From positions 1-52,078 of the IMG/VR virus record IMGVR_UViG_3300021062_000003: DNA of 52,078 nucleotides; one strand, written 5' to 3'. This DNA is from a virus. Its lineage: Duplodnaviria; Caudoviricetes. Numbering within the stretch: position 1 is the first letter of the stretch; each line of letters starts with the position of its first letter. The translations under genes and the position numbers were made by a program. The notes under the pieces were generated by a model that had not been told where the DNA came from, ran no database searches, and worked only from the letters and a program-made list of their open reading frames with translations. Below, piece after piece: positions 17,576 through 25,800 of the stretch.

Positions 17576-17764
17576 ATGACCCGCACTCGCTTTGAACTGC
17601 TGGATATGATCCGGGCCATAGACGAGAGCGATGATGTCTCACTGACGCCGTGGGAAATCAACTTCATCGCGGGCATGATCGACAATCCACCGTCACGTTT
17701 CACTGAAAAACAAGCGGCCGTCATCGAGCGAATCCATGACGGCCTTGGAAGGATCACACGATGA
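17576..17764 (+). CDS. hypothetical protein
   Basis: LTPWEINFIAGM...FTEKQAAVIERI, a common small phage protein pattern; ATGA coupling to the next gene. Confidence 0.65.
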   Translation: MTRTRFELLDMIRAIDESDDVSLTPWEINFIAGMIDNPPSRFTEKQAAVIERIHDGLGRITR

Positions 17765-18138
17765 AAGCTCAGTTTGACGCCGCCACTGAAACCTTGATGA
17801 TGTCAACTTCCGACATCGGAACTGCTCTGCGGATCGACGTTGACGCCTTGGCAATGGTCATCAGCGGTCGATGTATGCTTGGCGGCGGTCGGTTCTCGGG
17901 AACCTATGCCGACGCCGTTGCCTTCGCCCGCCATCTGCTCAAGTCGGCGGCGGTATGCCCGGCTCATCATCTTGGGGTCAGTCTCGGGGGTGAAGTCCAG
18001 CCGGCCGAGCCGCTGGCCGCCGCGGTCGCCGAGCTTCGTGGCGAGATCGCGGAGATTCGGGCCGATCTTGGGCTTGGCCGACCTGCCCCGGCTCCCTCGA
18101 TCCATGACGCCGTTCGGAAGGAACCGCTCCAAGAGTAG
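17761..18138 (+). CDS. hypothetical protein
   Basis: ATGA-coupled last gene of the + operon. Confidence 0.5.
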   Translation: MKAQFDAATETLMMSTSDIGTALRIDVDALAMVISGRCMLGGGRFSGTYADAVAFARHLLKSAAVCPAHHLGVSLGGEVQPAEPLAAAVAELRGEIAEIRADLGLGRPAPAPSIHDAVRKEPLQE

Positions 18139-18561
18139 CTTCCGCTGAGCCTCCACAGCGGCCCTGGGATCATCCACCAGCCCAATCAGGTCCGGAAGGT
18201 GCCTTTCGAGCCAAGAAGCCTTCCTGGGGTCAATGCGGGCCACTGGGCGGGAAGCCTTGCAGAGCTTCTGGGCGCGTTCGGCCTGGATCATCCACAGTTC
18301 CAGAGCCTCCCGGCTGGTGACCATCAGCCGGCGAAACAGCCGAACCGGCATTTTCATCCTGATGGGGCGGGTTTTTTGCCCGAATTCCCAAAAACGGCCG
18401 ATGTAAAGGCCGCATTTCACCCACCTGCGGAGGGTTTTGGGCGGGACGACCACCTTCCAGCGGGCTGCTATCACCCGCTGGACATCGCCGCCGTCCAAGG
18501 GGCACAGCAGCTTATGCCGCTCCAGGTCGATCGCCGGGGGGTCCAAGGGCAGCCGGATCAT
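17803..18561 (-). CDS. DUF1580-like (excisionase-type HTH) protein
   Basis: PKTLRRWVKCG...LMVTSREALELW pattern; ATGA-coupled to the upstream gene; 3' part overlaps the opposite-strand ORF. Confidence 0.5.
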   Translation of the reverse strand: MIRLPLDPPAIDLERHKLLCPLDGGDVQRVIAARWKVVVPPKTLRRWVKCGLYIGRFWEFGQKTRPIRMKMPVRLFRRLMVTSREALELWMIQAERAQKLCKASRPVARIDPRKASWLERHLPDLIGLVDDPRAAVEAQRKLLLERFLPNGVMDRGSRGRSAKPKIGPNLRDLATKLGDRGGQRLGRLDFTPETDPKMMSRAYRRRLEQMAGEGNGVGIGSREPTAAKHTSTADDHCQGVNVDPQSSSDVGS

Positions 18562-20690
18562 GTCCGCTGGCGGGGTTGGAGGCGGTATTGGCGATAGTAC
18601 CGGCGGAACGGGGGATTCGGCGGATCGCCGCCAGGGGGCGGGTTGGGATCGTCCTCGACGGTAAAGCACCAGATCGGGCCGGCCGTTGCCCCGAATGCGT
18701 TGATGTTGTAGACCTGCCAGTAGTACGTCTGCCCGTAAACCAACGTGACGGGCATGGCAAGGCTGTCGATGACCGCCCCAGGCCCATAGGTCGGCACGCC
18801 TTGGCCCAGCAACGCCGGGTCCGTGGAGAAGAACACCATGACTTCATCGGTGTTGGCGCCGTTCGTCCATTCCAATTCAGCCGTGTTTTGGGCGACATCA
18901 ACTTCGCAGTCGGCTTCGGCGCCAGGGCTGGGGTCAGTCGGGGCGCCCGGAACGCTTCCGCCCGCGGCAGCCGTCGTGAACGTCCATGTCGTGCTGTTGA
19001 CGAAGGTGCAGCCGTCGTATGAACGGATGAACCATCGGTATTGGCTGTTGAACTGGAGGGTGAAGGCCGTAAAGCCGGAAGTCACATTGGACAGGACGGG
19101 ATTGGCCGGCTGCGCGTCACCGACTTTCCAGATGAAGAAATCGAACTGCGGCGTGAAGGCGTTGGAGTCGAGGAAGCTGTACGTGGGATTGACCGAAACT
19201 CCGGTGGCCGCATTGGCCGGATTCGGGCTCGATGCCGCAGTCATGGCTGCACGGGTGGAGAAGCCCCAAATCGGACCTTCCGTTTCTCCGTCTTCGTTGA
19301 CAGCGACGATCTTCCAATAGTAATTCGTGCCCGACACCAGGGGCGGCGTCATCCATGCCGTAACCGTGATTCCGGTGGCGACCAATGGAGGATTGGGCGA
19401 CGTGCCGAAATAGACGTTGTAGCTGTCGGCTCCGCTGGATTCATTCCACTGGAGAGTCACGCCACACTGGTTTTGGCTGCCCGTGCCGTTGGTCGGCGAA
19501 ATGTAGGTGAAGCTGCCCGGCGGGGTGCCGGAAAACTCGACGACCAAGACTGGCCTCAGATCGGCGGCGGCTTCGGCCGAGGCGTGCTTGTATTTGCCGG
19601 TCGAGTCAACTTCATTCTGCCACTTGATGCGAAACCGGATGGTCGTTTGGCCGGCCGCCCGTGCAGCAATAATGAGATTCTTGAGGTTGACGGTTCGATA
19701 GGCGCCAAGGATCGGGTCCACCGATTCGTCCACGTCAAAGAGTCCGACCGCTTGGCCGGGAATGTCGAAGTCATTGGAACCGCCGCCCGGCGTCAACCAC
19801 GGCACGGTTCCGTCTCGCGTGTTCCAAGTCGCTTGCTGAGTCACTGACGACGGGATCAGGGCTCGGGCAATCTCCAAGGGCAAGTCGCTGTAAATGCCGA
19901 TCTGCGGACCCGGGGGCGGCTGGAAGCGAATCCAAGAGTCAGTGATGGTCCCACTGTCCGGCAGACTGGAAATGTCGGCCAGATAGATGCCACGCTGAAA
20001 CAGGATGCTGATGAACTGGAGCGGATTGGCCGCCGAATAATCAGTGTCGGGATCGTTGGCGTCGATCAGGGTGTCTTGCAGGCCGATTTCATACGTCAGA
20101 ACCGTTGCGCCCTCTTCGGCCATTGAGTATTGCACTTCGGCCTGAACATGATCGACGCGGGCGGTGACTGTCGATCCGTCGCTGAAAATGTCGCAGGCAA
20201 ACGCAAGGCCGAAGCTGGACGATCGGAAATCCGAGGCTTCCCACCCGTCCAAGTCAGAGCCGAAGAACACAATCTCATACACCGTTTCCGTGGACGGCAG
20301 CTTGCGAACCTGCGCTCGGTTGGAGGTCTGGACCACGCCATTCTTGACCAAGCGAGCGATCGCTTCGGTGGCATAGGTTCCAGCCACTACGTCGCTCAGC
20401 ACTTCGCTCATTTCGACGTAGAACACGACCACGAAGTTGTCGGTGTCATCGGGAATATCCGTCGTGTCAAACCCGAAGCTCGACGCCACCAGATAGTTTG
20501 TGGACGCACTCGCGGCTGTGGAGGCCGCCGTGGCCCGCGAGTTGTTGGAACTGACGATATTGCCCGGATTGCTCCACGCAACCGTTCCGACGCCGGTATT
20601 GTTGGCGCCAGCCCCGGCACTGTTGACGCCGGAACTTTCGGTCGGCAATTCCTCGCCGCTGTTGCTGGATAGCAGTGGCCAAAAGCTCAC
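18558..20690 (-). CDS. virion-associated adhesin-like protein (DNRLRE/CBM96-like domain + Fn3-like repeats)
   Basis: QDTLIDANDPDTDY...ATWNTRDGTVPWLTPGG...RPVLVVEF; three repeats of the type LxW...YxVYFGT...YYWKIVAVN...GPIWxF. Confidence 0.65.
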   Translation of the reverse strand: MSFWPLLSSNSGEELPTESSGVNSAGAGANNTGVGTVAWSNPGNIVSSNNSRATAASTAASASTNYLVASSFGFDTTDIPDDTDNFVVVFYVEMSEVLSDVVAGTYATEAIARLVKNGVVQTSNRAQVRKLPSTETVYEIVFFGSDLDGWEASDFRSSSFGLAFACDIFSDGSTVTARVDHVQAEVQYSMAEEGATVLTYEIGLQDTLIDANDPDTDYSAANPLQFISILFQRGIYLADISSLPDSGTITDSWIRFQPPPGPQIGIYSDLPLEIARALIPSSVTQQATWNTRDGTVPWLTPGGGSNDFDIPGQAVGLFDVDESVDPILGAYRTVNLKNLIIAARAAGQTTIRFRIKWQNEVDSTGKYKHASAEAAADLRPVLVVEFSGTPPGSFTYISPTNGTGSQNQCGVTLQWNESSGADSYNVYFGTSPNPPLVATGITVTAWMTPPLVSGTNYYWKIVAVNEDGETEGPIWGFSTRAAMTAASSPNPANAATGVSVNPTYSFLDSNAFTPQFDFFIWKVGDAQPANPVLSNVTSGFTAFTLQFNSQYRWFIRSYDGCTFVNSTTWTFTTAAAGGSVPGAPTDPSPGAEADCEVDVAQNTAELEWTNGANTDEVMVFFSTDPALLGQGVPTYGPGAVIDSLAMPVTLVYGQTYYWQVYNINAFGATAGPIWCFTVEDDPNPPPGGDPPNPPFRRYYRQYRLQPRQRT

Positions 20691-20702
20691 GGGCGATTTT
20701 CC

Positions 20703-21908
20703 TTACGAGGGCAGAAGCGGGAGCGTCCAAAGCTGGGTGGCCGACGATGCGAAGAATGTTGCGATCGTGTTCGCGGCCATTTCGATCGCTGCGTTGGCCG
20801 CAAGGCCATTGATGGCGACCCCAGTTTGACCGTAAACCTTCAAAACGGCGGCGGCGTTGTTCTTGACCGTGATCGAATCTCCGATCGGGATGGCACGAAG
20901 CTGGATGCCCTTGGTGGCATCAGCGGCCGTTGCCAACACGAACGAAGCATTCACGTCTGTCGCGTTGGCCTGTGCGTTTCCGGCAGCAGCGGCCGTTTCA
21001 TACGTCCGCGCTTCGTATGAAACGATCTTGGCCCCACCAGCCTCGACGCTCGCCAACGACGGATCGTAATAGCCGCCGTAAACCTCGATCGTCGAAGTGT
21101 CGTTGGCCCGGAGCGACCGGACGGAAGTGAATCCGCCTGTAACGGTGCGCACGTTGCAATTGAACAGGCGGCAGATGGAGTCCCCGCCAGTAGTGATGCC
21201 AGATGCGTCAATGTCTGGCTGGGCAGAAGGCTGAGTAAGGAATGTGCATCCATAGCATTCGGCCAGGGTGTTCGAGGTTGTGTCGCCGTCGCCGACTTCC
21301 AAGCAACTTGAGTTGAGCGCCGGGTTGCCGGGTGCGTAGTTCTCCCACTCGCACCCGAAGAACTTCATGGTGAAATAGTTGCCGTAAATGACGATCGTAT
21401 CGTTGTTCGGCGTGCCCGACGACGACTTGAACCGGCAGTTGTAGGCCCGCCACGTTCGCACGACGGTTCCGTTCACCGGGCCGTCGATGTAAAGCGAGTC
21501 CTCGCCGCACGTCAAGAACAGGTCGATGAAGGTGACATTATCGACAGTGTTTGGGTCGGTGGTCGGATGGTAATAGAACGTCGATCCCGTTGCCGTCGAT
21601 GCGAAGTTCTGGAAGGTCTGGTTTGCCCGCGGGTGGTAGCGGATGCCCGATTCGGGAGCCGTCACGACCCAGCGGGTTTCCGGGCCTGATCCAATGATCG
21701 TCGTGTTCGCCACGCCAACCACGTCGGCGGCAATCTCAAAGTCGCCCGGACCCATTTCCAACACGTCGTCGGCTACCAGATCGGCATGGGCCAATGCGAA
21801 CGCCAAGCCACGCGCGGCGTTGGAGTCCACGCTGGGAACATAGCGGGTCACGCCGCCGTTCTTGCCGCGACGAAGCACAATTCCAGGGTCGATGGCTGAT
21901 CCGCTCAT
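20703..21908 (-). CDS. tailspike-like pectin-lyase beta-helix protein
   Basis: DVLEMGPGDFE...TIIGSGPET start, then recurring YNCRF/FGCEW/YGCTF/FNCNV rungs. Confidence 0.65.
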   Translation of the reverse strand: MSGSAIDPGIVLRRGKNGGVTRYVPSVDSNAARGLAFALAHADLVADDVLEMGPGDFEIAADVVGVANTTIIGSGPETRWVVTAPESGIRYHPRANQTFQNFASTATGSTFYYHPTTDPNTVDNVTFIDLFLTCGEDSLYIDGPVNGTVVRTWRAYNCRFKSSSGTPNNDTIVIYGNYFTMKFFGCEWENYAPGNPALNSSCLEVGDGDTTSNTLAECYGCTFLTQPSAQPDIDASGITTGGDSICRLFNCNVRTVTGGFTSVRSLRANDTSTIEVYGGYYDPSLASVEAGGAKIVSYEARTYETAAAAGNAQANATDVNASFVLATAADATKGIQLRAIPIGDSITVKNNAAAVLKVYGQTGVAINGLAANAAIEMAANTIATFFASSATQLWTLPLLPS

Positions 21909-21925
21909 TGGACACTCCGAGTTTC

Positions 21926-21955
21926 AAAAGTCCCGCCGTCGTTGGTGGACGGCGG
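21926..21955 (-). terminator. intrinsic terminator after the lysis-like genes
   Basis: CCGCCGTC/GACGGCGG stem followed by a short U tract on minus. Confidence 0.5.
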
Positions 21956-21987
21956 CGGGTGGCAGGACATCCCTCGTAAGGGCTCGG

Positions 21988-22587
21988 TCAGATTCTCAGC
22001 CCCCGCCGGAAGCAACCAGCCGTTGTTTGGCAAGCGCCACTTCCGCGTCCCAGGCGGCATTGCTGACGCCAAGGCTGGCTTTCACGCTTTGCAGTTCTTC
22101 GGGCGTGATTTCGTTCTTGTCGGCCAAGATTTGTGCTTGGCCGATCGCCCAATTGATTCCCTGCGTAAGCGGGACGATCAGGGCCATCAGGGATTGGAAT
22201 TTCGGGTTCAAGTTTGGACTCCTTCAATGAGGGTGGCTGTGCCGATTGCTCGGCGATTTTGTTCAGGGCGGCAAGGACGATCTGCATGTAGCTCTCGAAC
22301 GACTTGCCGCCATCCGGCAACTGCTTTTCAGCTTCCGCCAGCGCCGAACGCGCCGACTGAGCGAACAGGTCAAGTTGCACCAGCGTCTTGTCGTCAATGT
22401 TGCCGACTTTGTGCTGGTGAAGGACCATCTTTTGTGACGTGTCAAGCGTCACGGCGGCCTGAGCCCATTTCTTCGACGGGGTGGCCCCGCAGCCGGAGAA
22501 CGCGGCGAGAGTCATCAGGCACAGAATCACGATGAAGCACAGTGACAGGATGGAAAACGGTCGCGACGCTGATAGCGAGCGGTTCAT
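21988..22587 (-). CDS. predicted lipoprotein (spanin-like position)
   Basis: Hydrophobic signal ending in lipobox-like AFSG-C; directly after the holin-like gene. Confidence 0.6.
   Translation of the reverse strand: MNRSLSASRPFSILSLCFIVILCLMTLAAFSGCGATPSKKWAQAAVTLDTSQKMVLHQHKVGNIDDKTLVQLDLFAQSARSALAEAEKQLPDGGKSFESYMQIVLAALNKIAEQSAQPPSLKESKLEPEIPIPDGPDRPAYAGNQLGDRPSTNLGRQERNHARRTAKRESQPWRQQCRLGRGSGACQTTAGCFRRGLRI
21996..22211 (-). CDS. small helical protein nested in the 3' end of the lipoprotein ORF
   Basis: TTG start with GAAGGAG RBS; different frame from 21988..22587. Confidence 0.6.
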   Translation of the reverse strand: MNPKFQSLMALIVPLTQGINWAIGQAQILADKNEITPEELQSVKASLGVSNAAWDAEVALAKQRLVASGGG

Positions 22588-22847
22588 ACAGAATCTCCTT
22601 GGTGGGGGGTGTGAAACTTGTCCAAGTGCCGCAGAAGATCGGCGCGTTGCTGGGCAAGCGCTTCGTTGTGCTTTGCTTCCTGTTGGGCCAGGGCGTCAGT
22701 GAACGACTTGCGGGTTTCCGGCCACATCTTTCCCAAGACGTACCAGAGCAGCCCGAGGGACATGCCGACAGAGCCGGCGCCGCCAACCGGGGCAACCCAG
22801 CCGGGCAAGTCTGACGAACTTGCAGCTTCGGCCAAAAACATCCACAT
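22584..22847 (-). CDS. holin-like single-TM membrane protein
   Basis: GGAGG RBS; hydrophobic VAPVGGAGSVGMSLGLLWYVLG followed by a coiled-coil tail. Confidence 0.5.
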   Translation of the reverse strand: MWMFLAEAASSSDLPGWVAPVGGAGSVGMSLGLLWYVLGKMWPETRKSFTDALAQQEAKHNEALAQQRADLLRHLDKFHTPHQGDSV

Positions 22848-22868
22848 GCAAACCTCCATCCATGAAGG

Positions 22869-25800
22869 TCACGCGGCGGGCTGCCGCTTTTCGTTCCGCT
22901 GGCGAAGGGCCGATCCGATGGCCCTTGCATAATCCGCCAGCCATTCCCTGTGCAGGGATAATACCCTGCTTTTCTCATCCGGTGCAAGTCCCTTGAGATA
23001 TGCCGGAATATCGGCCTTTTCCAGCTTGCCCAAGGGAGCCTTGTCCTGCATGGACGACTTCAAGCCCTTGATGACCTTCGCCAGTTCGGCCGGATCGTCG
23101 CCGATCGCCGCCAGGATCAGCTTGGCGGCCTCATCGGGCTGCTCGCGACTGATGGCCTTCGCCACACCGTCATGCAGCGGATTGATCTGGAAGTCCGTGC
23201 CGCTTTGGTTGTCTTTCCCCTGATCCTTGATCCACTTGCCGACGCGGGCTCGGGTCTGCTGGTAGCCCCGCAGCCGATCAGACTTCGCACGGTCGGCGTT
23301 GTCGATCAATCCCTTGACGGCCGGCGTGTTCCGCTTCTGCATGTCCGTCACGGAGTCGACCAGGTTGAACTTGCCGTATCGGCCCTTGCCTGTGACGGGT
23401 CCGGTCAAGGCATCGAACAGGTCCGCGATATACGACACCTTGGGCATCATCGCCACAGCCAGCTTTTCGGCGCTCGATCCGTTGCTCCAGTGGAAGGCGT
23501 CAACGAACCTCTGGGCCGATCCCATGACGCCAGCTTCCCACAGGGCCGACACTGCCATTTCCCAGTAGGCTTCGTCTCGCTTTTTGATTTCCTCGCCCTT
23601 GAACAGACGACGGAGTATCATCGCCGCCGCTCCGGCGCCCATCATGCCAACCAACAGCTTCGCCAGACCCTCGGCCGCATCGGCCATTCGCCTTGGGTCT
23701 TTGCTCTCGATCGCGGCTCGGGCCTCGTTGACGGCGCGGGCCGCTGACTTGGTGGTGCCCACGAAATAGCTGTTGTACGCGAAGATGAAGTTGAGGACCG
23801 GCACATTCTGGATCAAGGCGCGTCGATGCGGGTCCTCGGCCGTGTACTGAGTCACCTTGACGAGATTCTGAACGATCTTGTTCGCCGTCGCCTGAGATAT
23901 CACGCCCTTGCGAGCGTCGACAATCTCCGAACTCGTCAGGCGAAGCTCTTTGGCGATCTGTACCGACTTCATCGGCAGGCCGAACTTACGCCACTGATCG
24001 ACCATCGCACGACCCGCGTTGCCGATGGCGAGATTGTTGAACTGGTTCACCCAATGCGATCCCACGCCACGGGCGGCCACGTCGCGAGCGATCCGGGCGA
24101 TGTCCTCTGGAACATGGCCCGATCGAATCGTCCATTCCATGACGGATCGGTTGACGGCCCCCATTTCCGCGAGCGTTTGGGCTGAGGCCCGAGGATGCGA
24201 GATCGTTTCCATCAACCCCTTGGCGAGATTGACGAATCCGGTGTACCGCGGGCCTTGCACGGCGACTTGCGGAATGTTGGGGATCACGGCCGCCGATGTC
24301 TGTTGGCTGCCGATCAGGCCGTCAATGACACGGCCGGTACGCTTCCACCATGATCGCGGTTCGCCGCCGAGCCGGCCATACGGCCGCCCGTTCCATACAC
24401 GAATCACGTCATCGAAAGCGGCTTGCGATCCCTTGGCTCGGCCGTGGCGGGCTCGCAGTTCGTCCAGCAGCGTGTCGGGCTGATCCTTCGTGACTTGACC
24501 GAACTTTTCGATGAAGTAAATCCGCTGGGCCATGCGGCGGCCGGCCGACATGATCGACAGGTACGGATCGCTCTCCAGAATCGGCATCTGCGTCTTGCCG
24601 ACCGTGACGTGGCTGGCGAAATTCTTGATCTTGCGGTAATCCTCGATCGCGCCGACTTCCCGCACTGACGACGGATCGAACATTTCTTTCAGCGTGGCCT
24701 TTGCCTGCTGCGGAGTCGTGCCGTTCTCGTTGGCAACCATCGTCACAATGGCGTCATACAGCGGGCCGCTTTGAATGTGCATCGCATCCCAGGCGTCCGG
24801 CGTCAGTTCGCGGAGCATCCGGCCGCCCTTGGCCTTGGCGAACGGCGTGCCGTCGCTTCGCTTGACGCCCTTGGCGATCGCCTCATCGCCCGTCACGTCC
24901 ATCATCAGTTGGTAGGTGTCAAGCCATTTCTGGATGCGCGGGTTCGGGGCCGTCAACCGGCCGGCCGGAGTATCTTCGAGCAACCGCTGCTGATTCGAGT
25001 AGGTCGTGCCGCGTTCCACCTTGTCCAGCCATGCCCGATCGTCGGCCTTCAACCCCTTGTAGGCGTCGTGGGCCTGATTGGCGAACTTGCCGACCAGTGT
25101 TGCCGTCTTGCTGCTGGCGTCATCGAGAAAGCTGGCGACCAGTTTGCCCGCCCGCGTGTCGCGGATTCGCTCGGCCATTTCGCCGGTGAAGGCATTGGCC
25201 GCGATGTACGCTTGCTTCCCGGCCGCCTTGACGACATCGGTGATAGCACTGATGTCCACGAATCCGCCGCGGGCTCCAGGGTACAGGCCGCGTGTCCGAA
25301 GTTGACCCTCGACATCCTTGCGTGCCAACGCTTTCGTCTCTTTGGAGAGATTCGATTCCCCGGTGAACGGCAGAGCGTTTTGCTCGCCGGTGGCCGCGTC
25401 TACGGTCGGATTGCCGAACAGGTCGGGCTTTACCGCCGACGTGTCCCCAATTGGGGACAGCTTCGACGCCGAATCACTCCCTCCATCACTTGCCCCGGCG
25501 ACTCTCTCGCCTGAATCATTCTCATCGTCTGAAAGATCATCGACTTGTACTTCGCCACCTTGCGACCCTCCCGCCGCTTCTCCGCTTTGCGACTGAGGTA
25601 CTGTTGGACTGTCATCGTTGAGTTGGAATCCATCTTTGAACTTCCGCTTCTCCCCCATGACCGGCAGGCCGTAATCGTCGATGTCCTCAAGCTCTCCTTC
25701 AACCATTTTATCCGGTGCAGCCTGTCGCCGCGAGCCTTCATCCATCGGCACGGGCGGCAAGCCGTCAGTCGGGATAATCACGCCATCGGCCAGGACTTTC

